DNA of 64,000 nucleotides from Deltaproteobacteria bacterium (lineage in GTDB: Bacteria; Myxococcota_A; UBA9160; SMWR01), in contig JAQBHB010000041.1 of assembly GCA_032128115.1 (NCBI GenBank), positions 164,851-228,850 of the forward strand. Direction: 5' to 3'. A program made the translations under genes and the position numbers. The notes beneath the pieces are model-generated. The model did not search any database, had not been told where the DNA came from, and saw only the letters and a program-made list of their open reading frames with translations. Shown here piece by piece: positions 18,320 through 27,011 of the stretch (position 1 is the first letter of the stretch; every line of letters begins with the position of its first letter).

Positions 18320-19734
18320 CCCGCGTGGGCGCCCTGCTGGCGCTGCTCGCCCTGTGGGCCTGCGGCGCGGCCCTGCTCACCCTGATCGCTCCCGCGCCCG
18401 ACCGCCTTCCGCGATCCGCGCGCGCGGGCCTGGCCTTCGGGCTCGGCCTGCTGGTGATCTCCCAGTCGCTGTTCGCGGCCTCGTGGCTGGGCGCGACTCC
18501 GGCCTGGTGGGTGGGCGCGCTGGACGTCGCCGCGCTTGGCGGCCTGGCGCTGGCCCTGCGCCGCGATCGGCTCGCCGACTGGCTGCGACCGGCCCGGGCG
18601 CAGGCGACCCCGGGCCCCGGCTGGTTGCGCTGGCTAGATCGCGGCCTGCTGGCGGGGCTCGTTCTCGTGGTCGCTACCGTTTCGCTCTACGCACTGACCG
18701 AGCCGTTGGTCGAATGGGACGTGCTCGCCATCTGGGCCACAAAGGCGAAGCTGCTGCTCTTCGAGCCCATCGCCACCACCGGCTACTTCCAGGACCTTTC
18801 GAAGGGCTACTCGCATCTGGACTACCCGCTGCTGTGGCCTCTGTCGCTGTCGTGGATCTGGGTGGGCGCCGGCAGCCCCGACCTGTGGGCCGTAAAGGTC
18901 CTGGTGCCCGCGATGCTCGCCGCCTACGCCGCCAGCTTCTACGGACTGCTGTCCCAGCGCGCCGACCGTTCCACGTCGCTGCTCTTCACGTCCCTGTTGC
19001 TGGGCCTGCCCATGCTTCTGAGCCAGATCGCACGCATGCAGGCCGATCCGGTGTTGGGTTACTTCGTCATGGGAGCGGGCGCCGCCACCTGGCTGTGGCT
19101 CGTGGACGATCGCCGCGACTGCCTGCGGCTGGCGGGACTCTTCGTCACGGGCGTGCTCCTCACCAAGAACGAGGGTCTCGCGTTCTACGCAGTGCTGCTG
19201 GTGGCCACCGCGGCCGTCCTGCTGCGCGAAGGCTCGCGCCAGCGCTGGCAAGCAGGCGCTCTCTGGCTTGGGGCGCTGCCGGCGGCCGTCTCGAGCCCAT
19301 GGTTCGTTCTGCGCGCGGGGATTCCCCGAGTGAGCGAGAACTACACCGGCCGCCTGGATCCGCAGATCTTCCTCGAGAATCTGCACCGCATCCCGGAGAT
19401 CCTGGCAGGCGTCGGTGCCTACCTGCTCGACAGTCGCGATTGGCTGCTCTTCTGGCCGGCCCTGGCCGCGCTGCTGGTGCTGGCGGTGCGACACTGGATT
19501 CGCGGACCGCTCCTGTTCCTGTTCGTGCTCGCCGAGGCGCCGCTCCTGATCTATGGCGTGATCTTCGTGATAACGCCGTGGCGCCCGGCGGATCTTCTGG
19601 AGTTCTCGGCCAGCCGCCTGCTGCTCCACACCCTGCCACTGCAGGTGTTTCTCGCCGCCGAGGTGGTGCGGTCCGCCCGCCTGCTGCCGTGGCTCGACCG
19701 GGTCGACACCCGTTCGGGTCAGAGCTCCGCCTGA
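18316..19734 (+). CDS. GT-C-fold-like membrane glycosyltransferase (GT39/ArnT-like)
   Basis: About 12 TMs; EWDVLAIWATKAK, HLDYPLLWP, QADP, TKNEGL. Confidence 0.65.
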   Translation: MTRVGALLALLALWACGAALLTLIAPAPDRLPRSARAGLAFGLGLLVISQSLFAASWLGATPAWWVGALDVAALGGLALALRRDRLADWLRPARAQATPGPGWLRWLDRGLLAGLVLVVATVSLYALTEPLVEWDVLAIWATKAKLLLFEPIATTGYFQDLSKGYSHLDYPLLWPLSLSWIWVGAGSPDLWAVKVLVPAMLAAYAASFYGLLSQRADRSTSLLFTSLLLGLPMLLSQIARMQADPVLGYFVMGAGAATWLWLVDDRRDCLRLAGLFVTGVLLTKNEGLAFYAVLLVATAAVLLREGSRQRWQAGALWLGALPAAVSSPWFVLRAGIPRVSENYTGRLDPQIFLENLHRIPEILAGVGAYLLDSRDWLLFWPALAALLVLAVRHWIRGPLLFLFVLAEAPLLIYGVIFVITPWRPADLLEFSASRLLLHTLPLQVFLAAEVVRSARLLPWLDRVDTRSGQSSA

Positions 19735-21278
19735 CACAGCACGAGGGCGCTGCCCTCCAGCAGCCGGCCGCGATAGCGCTTGAAGATCACCCGCTTGTTC
19801 GCGCAGAGCACCGGGTCGCGCAGGATCGCGTCCACTCCGGGTCGCTCTCCCGTGTAACGCGCGTCGAGCACGTAGTAGAGGTTCTCGGCGCGCATCTCCC
19901 GGGCGCGCTCGAGGGGTGTCTCCATCCACACGGGCGACAGCAGCCGGAAGGTCAGCTGCGGGTAACGGGCGCGATTCACCTTGAGGGCCGTGCCCGGGTG
20001 TCCCCATTGGGCGTCGGCCACCAGGATCCCGGGTTCGAGAGCGGCAACCTGGTCCAGGAGTTCGCGGATGCCGCTGCCTCGCGCCCAGGGATCCGGCGTC
20101 TCGCGGATCGAAAGCTCCGTCTGTTCCCATTCCGCCAGCGGAATCCAGGACGTCGAGAGCTTCACCCCGAGAAGTGCCGCGACGCAGGCCCCGATCACGG
20201 CGGCGCGCGGGCGCGGCGGCACACGGGCGAAAACGACGCTGACGGCCACTCCCAGCGGTAGATAGAGCGTGTAGAGAGCCACGCCGAAGTAGCGCACGAA
20301 GAACACCTTGGCGAGCAGAACCACCGGCACGAAGGAAATGACCCACAGCGCCAGCAACAACAGGAACCGCGTGAAGAGCCTTCGGTCGGAGCGGAACAGC
20401 AGGACGGCCGCCACCATCACCAGAACCCCGGCCGCGATCCCGAAGATCCCCAGCTCTGGCCCCAGCACATCGCGCCCGTAGAAGGCCAGGGCCTCCCCCC
20501 AGCCGGCGATCGGCCACTCGAAGAGTTCTCCGAAGGACCGCACGAAGCTCACGTGGGCGTTGGCCTCGCGCACCGGCGCGAACTCCGCGGGCACCACGAG
20601 TTCGTGCAACCACAGCCCGAGCGCCGCGACACCTGAAACCTGGAGGCCCATGAGGCCCGCCCGCCGCAGTCGCGGCCGGCCGGGTTGCCCCGGCTCGATG
20701 CTCACGGCGAGCAGCGGCAGCACGGCAGCGAAGCCGATCCACAGGGCGCCCGTACCCTTGATGGAGAGCACCGCCACGAGAAGCAGCAACGACAGCGCAC
20801 CCGAGATCCATCGGCGCCGATCGAGGAAGTCGAAGCTGAAGTACAGGTAGGCCGTACCCAGCCCGTAGAGAAAGGATTCGTTGAGCGCCACCGAATCGAA
20901 GTAGAAGAAGAACTCGGACACCACCACGAGTCCGGCCGCAACATGGGCCGCCGCTTCACTCCAGAGCCGCGCGGTCAATCGGTGCAGGAAGAACAATCCG
21001 CACAGACCCAACAGCAGCGACCAGATGCGCAGGCCGAGCAGGGGATCGTTCCAGAGGTCTACGCTGAGGGCGTCGGCCCAGTACTGGAGGGGCTGCTTGT
21101 ACTCGCCGTACAACCGCCCGTTCTGGAACAGCCACTTGTTGTGGTCCCAGTCCGCCGCCATCTGCTGGGCCGCGTCGGCGTAGAGCATTTCATCGTTGTG
21201 GGGAGCAAACGCGAACAGCCCGAAGACCCGCAGGGCCACGTATCCGAGCCCGATCCCGATGATCCAGCGTGACCGCAT
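19719..21278 (-). CDS. ArnT/PMT-like (GT83/GT39) membrane glycosyltransferase
   Basis: First TM followed by HNDEMLY; KQPLQYW; LNES; IKG; VRYF; soluble C-terminal domain. Confidence 0.7.
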   Translation of the reverse strand: MRSRWIIGIGLGYVALRVFGLFAFAPHNDEMLYADAAQQMAADWDHNKWLFQNGRLYGEYKQPLQYWADALSVDLWNDPLLGLRIWSLLLGLCGLFFLHRLTARLWSEAAAHVAAGLVVVSEFFFYFDSVALNESFLYGLGTAYLYFSFDFLDRRRWISGALSLLLLVAVLSIKGTGALWIGFAAVLPLLAVSIEPGQPGRPRLRRAGLMGLQVSGVAALGLWLHELVVPAEFAPVREANAHVSFVRSFGELFEWPIAGWGEALAFYGRDVLGPELGIFGIAAGVLVMVAAVLLFRSDRRLFTRFLLLLALWVISFVPVVLLAKVFFVRYFGVALYTLYLPLGVAVSVVFARVPPRPRAAVIGACVAALLGVKLSTSWIPLAEWEQTELSIRETPDPWARGSGIRELLDQVAALEPGILVADAQWGHPGTALKVNRARYPQLTFRLLSPVWMETPLERAREMRAENLYYVLDARYTGERPGVDAILRDPVLCANKRVIFKRYRGRLLEGSALVLCQAEL

Positions 21279-21409
21279 GGAGGGTAGCTTGCCGATTCTT
21301 TATGATTTCCCGGCAGAGTCTCGGCCAGACCGTTCCCGGCATCAAGCCGGTATTCCTGATGGTAGGCTCCAGGGGATCAATGACCTACCAACGAGGGGGT
21401 GAGGTCGGA

Positions 21410-21643
21410 ATGCGCAGACGGGTCCATATTGCACTGCACGCGGCGGCCAGCCTGGTGGCGACCGTTCTCGCCGTCGGAAGCTTCGCCACCCGGGCGCAGG
21501 TGATCGATTCGACTCCCTGCCAGGGGTCGTGCTACGAGCAGAAGGCGGAGTGCGTCGACGCTTGCGGAGCGCATCCCGATCCGATCGAGTGCGAGGAGGG
21601 CTGCGACGACACCCTCCTGGACTGCCTCAAGGAATGCCGCTGA
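21410..21643 (+). CDS. Small secreted 8-cysteine peptide (four CxxxC motifs)
   Basis: GAGG RBS then MRRRVHIALHAAASLVATVLAVGSFATRA (signal-like), then CQGSC-x6-CVDAC-x8-CEEGC-x6-CLKEC. An alternative in-frame ATG lies at 21380. Confidence 0.7.
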   Translation: MRRRVHIALHAAASLVATVLAVGSFATRAQVIDSTPCQGSCYEQKAECVDACGAHPDPIECEEGCDDTLLDCLKECR

Positions 21644-22494
21644 GCGCCCCGGACGACATTCCGCAGGTCGCAGCCTGGCGCGAGCGGATCCGCGTCATCA
21701 TCTTCGAAGCGGATACGCCCGCCGGGAAGGCCTTCGACGTCGGTCTGCTCGTTGCAATCCTCGCGAGCGTCATCGCCGTGATGCTCGACAGCGTTGCTCC
21801 CATCCGCGCGGAGTACGGGCGCGCCCTCGACGTTGCCGAGTGGGTCTTCACCATCGCCTTCAGCGTCGAATACGCACTGCGCCTCATCTGCGTGCCGGTT
21901 CCGTGGCACTACGCGCGCAGCTTCTTCGGCGTGGTCGACGTGCTGGCGGTGCTTCCGACCTACCTGAGCCTGCTGCTGCCGGGGGCCGAGCACCTGCTCG
22001 TGATTCGCGGTCTGCGGCTTCTGCGCATCTTCCGCGTCTTCAAGCTCGGCCGCTTCCTCGGAGAGGCGAGCATCCTTCGCAACGCACTCGCCGGCAGCCG
22101 CCACAAGATCACCGTCTTCATCGGGACGATCGCCATCCTCGTCACGATTCTCGGAACCGCCATGTACCTGATCGAGGGCGGGGAGCACGGCTTCACGAGC
22201 ATCCCGCTCTCGGTCTATTGGGCGATCGTCACCATGACGACCGTGGGATACGGCGACCTGGCGCCCCAGACGGTGGCGGGGAAGGCGCTCGCGGCCATCG
22301 TGATGATCCTCGGCTACAGCATCATCGCGGTTCCCACGGGCATCGTGACGGCCGAGATCGTCGAGGCAGCGGTTGCATCGCGGAAGCTATCGACCCGCTG
22401 TTGCGCGCAATGCATGGCCGAGGGCCACGATGCGGACGCGCGCTTCTGCAAGGCCTGTGGCGCCCCTCTGGAGCCGACCGGCCCGCAGGCCTGA
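21634..22494 (+). CDS. 6TM voltage-gated-type potassium channel (ion transporter) with C-terminal zinc ribbon
   Basis: S4 IRGLRLLRIFRVFKLGRF; pore YWAIVTMTTVGYGD; C-terminal CAQC...CKACG. Confidence 0.9.
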   Translation: MPLSAPDDIPQVAAWRERIRVIIFEADTPAGKAFDVGLLVAILASVIAVMLDSVAPIRAEYGRALDVAEWVFTIAFSVEYALRLICVPVPWHYARSFFGVVDVLAVLPTYLSLLLPGAEHLLVIRGLRLLRIFRVFKLGRFLGEASILRNALAGSRHKITVFIGTIAILVTILGTAMYLIEGGEHGFTSIPLSVYWAIVTMTTVGYGDLAPQTVAGKALAAIVMILGYSIIAVPTGIVTAEIVEAAVASRKLSTRCCAQCMAEGHDADARFCKACGAPLEPTGPQA

Positions 22495-22536
22495 ATGCTT
22501 GAAGCCTGACTGCTTCGAGCCTGACTGCTTCAAGCC
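22489..22536. repeat. Three tandem 15-bp direct repeats
   Basis: GCCTGAATGCTTGAA / GCCTGACTGCTTCGA / GCCTGACTGCTTCAA / GCC, starting at the channel stop codon. Confidence 0.85.
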
Positions 22537-22606
22537 AGGGTCGAGGTCCCGGGTACGCGGCCACGCGCCCGCGCGAGAGTGCGCCCTCCGGTCTCCCCCG
22601 GTCCGG

Positions 22607-23197
22607 TCAGCGCGCCTCGGCTGCCGCTCGGATCGCCGCGGCAATGTCACCGCTTAGCTGTGCGAGCGCGCGGCTGTGTGCGGCGGCGAGGCCGTCGAAG
22701 GCTTTGCCCTCTACGGCCACCCGAGCGATCGTGCGGCCCGAGCGCGTCTTCCCACCCGCGGTCTTGCGCACGGCCCACACCGCTTCCATGAGGACCGAGT
22801 CGCCCGGCACGGTATCGAAGCGCTGGACGTTGATCGTGACGCGATAGACCGGATCGAAGTTGGCGAAGGGCGCGGTGGCCACGTCCGGTGTCTGGAGCAG
22901 CGCTCCCAGGTCGCCGGCAACCGTGCGTGCGATGCTCTCGCCCAGCGGCGAGGCCCAGCGGTTGAACTCGTCGATCTCGACCCGGTTCGGCGCGACCTGG
23001 ACCACGAACTCCGGGCGGTCGACCGAAGCCGGAACGGACACTGGCCCCACCATGACTCCGTAGTTCGCCGGCGGCGCCCCGGCCGCTGTCGCCGTGGAGT
23101 CGAGGGTGTAGAAGCGCGGCGACGGCGACGTTCCGCAGCCCCCGACGGCCACCAAGACGAGCACAACACCGAACCAACGCGCAAAACGGCTCGCCAT
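22607..23197 (-). CDS. pqiC: PqiC-like outer-membrane lipoprotein (ABC_trans_aux)
   Basis: Lipobox VGGC; RFYTL; VGPVSVPASVDRP; NRWASPL; downstream of pqiB. Confidence 0.85.
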   Translation of the reverse strand: MASRFARWFGVVLVLVAVGGCGTSPSPRFYTLDSTATAAGAPPANYGVMVGPVSVPASVDRPEFVVQVAPNRVEIDEFNRWASPLGESIARTVAGDLGALLQTPDVATAPFANFDPVYRVTINVQRFDTVPGDSVLMEAVWAVRKTAGGKTRSGRTIARVAVEGKAFDGLAAAHSRALAQLSGDIAAAIRAAAEAR

Positions 23198-24708
23198 CAC
23201 TTTGCCTCCCCCGACTTGCCCCGGATCAACGCCTCGGGATGGCGCTCGAGATAGTCCGCGAACAGGCGAACCGCGCGGGCCGCGCCGCTCACCTCCTGGA
23301 GCGTGCTGTTCAGCTGTTGACTCAGCACGGAGTTCGGCTCGATGAGCGTGGTGGCGCTGTCGAGCGTCCCACGAGCGCTCGCAAGCGTGCGATCGAGATT
23401 CCGGACGATCCTGGCGGCGCTCGCCTCGAGCGCCTGGAGCTGTCCGGGGGTGGTCGGTAGCTGCACTGGTTTCTGTGACCAATCCACCGTCGCTGGCCCC
23501 GCGTCGGGAAAGAAGTCGAACGCCACGTACAGCGCCCCACTCAGCAGGTTCCCGGTCCGAAGCTGCGCACGAACCCCGCGCGAGACCAGCGTGTCGAGCA
23601 ACTTCCTGCGGGCAGCCACGAGATCGAAGCCGGGGTCCGATCCCTGGGCCTGAATTCCGAACCTCTGGGCGTCCAGTCGGAGGGTCACCTGCACGGCGAA
23701 GTCGAAGGTCACCGTATCCAGCTTTCCGATCACGTCGACGACCTCGCCGATCGGAATCCCGCGGAACTCGACCGGTGCGCCTGGCTCGAGGCCGCGGACC
23801 GGCTGGTCGAAGACGACCAAGTAGGTCTGCGGGTCGCGGGCCGCCGGGTGGAAGGCCGCCGCCCGGTCCTCGAAGAGGGTGAACAGGGTATTCTCCTCGG
23901 CGGCGGGCAGCACAGGATCGCTGGCGGGCGTCGCGAACGCGATGCCACCGATCAAGATGGAGACGAGCGATTGGGTCTGGACGCTGAGCCCGCTCGCAGA
24001 GAGCGATACGTCGACCCCACTCGCGTGCCAGAAGCGCGTGTCTGGACTGACGTACTGGTCGTAGGGCGCATACACGAATGCCTTCACGCGGAAGGCCTGG
24101 CCGTCGCCTTCGAGCTCGTACGACGCGACCTCCCCGACCTTCATGCGCCGGAAGTAGATCGGCGTGCCGTTGTCGAGCGAGCCCAGATCGCCGGTCTTCA
24201 GCACGAAGAAGCGGCCGGGCTCGTCCCCCGTCACCACGGGCGGCACCTCCAGGGCGTCGAAGCGACGCCGGGACTTCTTCGAGTCGCCGATCTCCATGCC
24301 GATGTAGGCCCCGGAGACGAGTGTGCCCAGTCCCGAAACGGTGGCGCCCGAGATGCGCGGACGCACCACCCAGAACCTCGTGTTCTCGACCAGGAAACTC
24401 TCCGTCTTCGGACCCATCCTGGCGGTCGTGATCACGGACTTGTGGTCGTCCGAGAGCCGGATCCCGGTCACGAGCCCGACCTCGACGCCGTTGTACTCGA
24501 TCTTGGTCTTGCCGGTTTCGAGTCCCTCGGCCGACTGGAACACGATCGTGATCTCGGGCCCTTCGCTGAGGACCCTCGCCACGGCGACCCAGGCGCCCGC
24601 GGCCGCGGCCACGATCGGAATCAGCCAGACGAGAGAGAGGCGCGTGCGCTTCCGCGACACGGCTCTGGACTCGGGGGCCCGAGGGAACGATCCGTCACTT
24701 TCAGACAT
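23197..24708 (-). CDS. pqiB: PqiB-like multi-MCE (MlaD) protein
   Basis: SLVWLIP, GPEITIVFQSAEGLETGKT, FWVVRPRI, three MCE repeats, LERHPEALIRGK. Confidence 0.9.
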   Translation of the reverse strand: MSESDGSFPRAPESRAVSRKRTRLSLVWLIPIVAAAAGAWVAVARVLSEGPEITIVFQSAEGLETGKTKIEYNGVEVGLVTGIRLSDDHKSVITTARMGPKTESFLVENTRFWVVRPRISGATVSGLGTLVSGAYIGMEIGDSKKSRRRFDALEVPPVVTGDEPGRFFVLKTGDLGSLDNGTPIYFRRMKVGEVASYELEGDGQAFRVKAFVYAPYDQYVSPDTRFWHASGVDVSLSASGLSVQTQSLVSILIGGIAFATPASDPVLPAAEENTLFTLFEDRAAAFHPAARDPQTYLVVFDQPVRGLEPGAPVEFRGIPIGEVVDVIGKLDTVTFDFAVQVTLRLDAQRFGIQAQGSDPGFDLVAARRKLLDTLVSRGVRAQLRTGNLLSGALYVAFDFFPDAGPATVDWSQKPVQLPTTPGQLQALEASAARIVRNLDRTLASARGTLDSATTLIEPNSVLSQQLNSTLQEVSGAARAVRLFADYLERHPEALIRGKSGEAK

Positions 24709-25342
24709 GGAGAGCCTCTTGTGCGCTCGAAGGGTCCCAGATCAGCCTGGGATCGAAGGATTCGACTGCGAGCATGGTCAGCACCACCACCGCGGCAAAA
24801 AAGAACAAGCCGGGGCCCGGGGCCACGGACATCAGCGGCTGCAGCTGGACCAGGGCGACGGTGAAGGCATCGACGAAGACGTCGACCATCGACCAGCGTC
24901 CGATCAGCTCGACCGTTCGGTAGAGCCGGCCGCGCTGAGCGTTGTTCTGGATCGAGCCGCGTCGCACCGTGATGAGAAGGTAGGCGAGCGTCAGGATCTT
25001 CGCGCTCGGGATCATGATGCTGGCGAAGAGCACGATGAGAGAGAGCGGCCACCCGGTGGGCGACCACAGGAGCACGACTCCCTGCAGGATCGTGTCGGAC
25101 TCGCTGCCCTGAGCGGAGGTCGTCTCCATCACCGGGAGGACATTTGCCGGGACATAGCAGACCGCCGCGGCGATGAGGAATGCCCAGGTGCGCTGGAGGC
25201 TCGCGGGCTTGCGGAATTCGAGATGCGCGGCGCAGCGCGGGCAGCGACCCTCCTGCTCGCCGGACCCGGGGCGCGACAGCAGGCCGCAGTCCTCGCAGCT
25301 GTGCAGGCCGTGCTGCATCGCGGTCACGGCGGCCGCGCTCAC
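24701..25342 (-). CDS. pqiA: PqiA, second half
   Basis: CEDC...CPRC, YVPANVLPVM, IGRWSMVDVFV, FDPRLIWD. GTG at 25342 overlaps the upstream stop. Confidence 0.88.
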   Translation of the reverse strand: MSAAAVTAMQHGLHSCEDCGLLSRPGSGEQEGRCPRCAAHLEFRKPASLQRTWAFLIAAAVCYVPANVLPVMETTSAQGSESDTILQGVVLLWSPTGWPLSLIVLFASIMIPSAKILTLAYLLITVRRGSIQNNAQRGRLYRTVELIGRWSMVDVFVDAFTVALVQLQPLMSVAPGPGLFFFAAVVVLTMLAVESFDPRLIWDPSSAQEALHV

Positions 25343-26013
25343 GGCATCTCCCCGGCCATCTGCGCCGGCGCGCCGGCACGGCGGGTTGCGGCCTCTGCCC
25401 ATTCGACGCGATCCCAGACCACCCGGGGGTCGAAGCCCGCCTGGATCCCGGCGAGCAGGAAGACGAGCGCGCCGAGCGCAAACAGCGCCGGCCCCGGGAT
25501 CACCGTCGCGAGTTCCGCAATCTTGATGAGGGCGACCAGCACACCGAGCATCATGACTTCGATCATGCTCCAGGTCCGCGCCGTCGGATGGTGGCGGAGG
25601 AGCGTCCCGACCCAGCTCGGCGGGCGCTCACTCCGGGCCCCGAGCACGATCGCCAGCATGAAGCCGATCTGGAGCGCCGGCGCGAGCACGGCCGTGGCGA
25701 GCACCAGGCCCGCGACGATCTCGCGACCATCCCGCCACAGCTGCTCGGCGCCCCCCAGGACCGTAGTAGAAGCCTCCCGCCCGACGGCCGCGATTCCGAG
25801 CATGGGAGTGGTGTTCGCGACCAGATAGAGCACCACGGCCGCGAGCGTCAGCGGGAGCGTGCGGTGGCGCAAGTGGTCACGGCGCCGCCAGAGCTCGAAG
25901 TTGCAGCGCGGGCAGTGGGCGGAGGCTCCCGGCTCGATATCCGGGAGCCGCTGCACCAGATCGCAGTCCGGGCAGGCCAGGAGCGAGGCATCTGCCAAAG
26001 GCTCGTTGTACAT
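25339..26013 (-). CDS. pqiA: PqiA, first half
   Basis: ACPDCD...CPRC, WSMIEVMMLGVLVALIK, FDPRVVWD; start MYNEPL with GGGAG RBS. Confidence 0.88.
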   Translation of the reverse strand: MYNEPLADASLLACPDCDLVQRLPDIEPGASAHCPRCNFELWRRRDHLRHRTLPLTLAAVVLYLVANTTPMLGIAAVGREASTTVLGGAEQLWRDGREIVAGLVLATAVLAPALQIGFMLAIVLGARSERPPSWVGTLLRHHPTARTWSMIEVMMLGVLVALIKIAELATVIPGPALFALGALVFLLAGIQAGFDPRVVWDRVEWAEAATRRAGAPAQMAGEMP

Positions 26014-26117
26014 CTCCCTCCCCCAGCCGGCGCGACCCCGTATACTCGCCGTTGGTGGGGCCACGGCGCAACGACCAATCGAGCCCCGGTTCCCACCCCC
26101 GCGCGCCGCCCATTCAT

Positions 26118-26170
26118 GGACCCGGAACTGGACCCGAACTGGACCCGAACCCGGACCCGAGCCGGAACCC
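26118..26170. repeat. Imperfect 11-12 bp tandem repeats (GGACCCGAACT) in a divergent intergenic region
   Basis: ggacccggaact ggacccgaact ggacccgaaccc ggacccgagcc ggaaccc. Confidence 0.75.
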
Positions 26171-26243
26171 GCTCGACGCGACCCCTGGCTCTCGGCGGCG
26201 CACGACGTATCATTCCGGCCCTTTTACGCAGGCGGTAAACGAG

Positions 26244-27011
26244 ATGTCGTGGTTCCCCTCCGTCACGGCGCGCGTCGCAGCGATCGGTCTCGCTCTCGCA
26301 GCGTCCCCGGTTCCGACGGAAGCTGCGGACCCGAAGACGCCGCAGGAGCCGCCCCACGCGGAGCAGGTGCTGCGCGCGATGTCGCAGTACCTGGCGAAGG
26401 CAAAGGCCTTCTCGTACCACGCCGAGGTCGAGTTCGACCAGATCCTCCCCGGCGGGCCCAAGATCCGGCTCGCGGGGGCCGTGGACACCGCGGTAGCGCG
26501 ACCCGGCCGCCTCTTCGTCGACTACCGGGACGACGTCTCGGGTCGCGTCGTCTGGTTCGACAAGGGCCAGCTGACGCTACTCGACCCCGCCGCTTCGACC
26601 TACGCGCAGATCTCAGGGCCGGTGGACATCGACGGGATGGTCGCGAAGCTCGAGAAGGACCTGGGCGTGACGCTTCCCCTCGCCGAGTTCGCCGAGAGCG
26701 ACCCGGCTGCAGCGCTGACCCGCGGCGTCGAGTACGCCCACTATGTGGGGGTGCACGACGTCGAGGGCGTCCACTGCCACCACGTCGTTCTCCGGCGCGC
26801 GGACCTCGATCTCCAGGTATTCGTCGAGATCGGCGACAAACCGCTGCCGCGCAAGCTCGTGTTCGAGTACCCGAACCAGCCGGGGTCGCCGCAGTACACG
26901 GCGTCCATCACGGAGTGGAGCTTCGAGCCGCCCGCGGTGGATCTCTTCACAGCGAAACTTCCGGAGGACGCGGCCACGGTCGAGTTCCTTCCGGTCGTTG
27001 GGGGTCGATGA
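26244..27011 (+). CDS. DUF2092 family periplasmic protein
   Basis: Signal peptide; LRAMSQYLAKAKAFS, RPGRL, DLQVFVE.GDKPLPRKLV, PQYTASITEW. Confidence 0.8.
   Translation: MSWFPSVTARVAAIGLALAASPVPTEAADPKTPQEPPHAEQVLRAMSQYLAKAKAFSYHAEVEFDQILPGGPKIRLAGAVDTAVARPGRLFVDYRDDVSGRVVWFDKGQLTLLDPAASTYAQISGPVDIDGMVAKLEKDLGVTLPLAEFAESDPAAALTRGVEYAHYVGVHDVEGVHCHHVVLRRADLDLQVFVEIGDKPLPRKLVFEYPNQPGSPQYTASITEWSFEPPAVDLFTAKLPEDAATVEFLPVVGGR

Noticed and set aside
21353..21390. Canonical fluoride riboswitch call
   Set aside because: It lacks the P2 helix and consensus spacing, and no Fluc/CLC gene follows. Kept only as a candidate pseudoknot.
22489..22536. CRISPR array
   Set aside because: Repeats are 15 bp and directly tandem with no spacers; no cas genes in the window.
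25859..27007. N-terminal extension of the 725-aa ORF
   Set aside because: It overlaps pqiA and DUF2092. The real protein starts at 27008 with a signal peptide.
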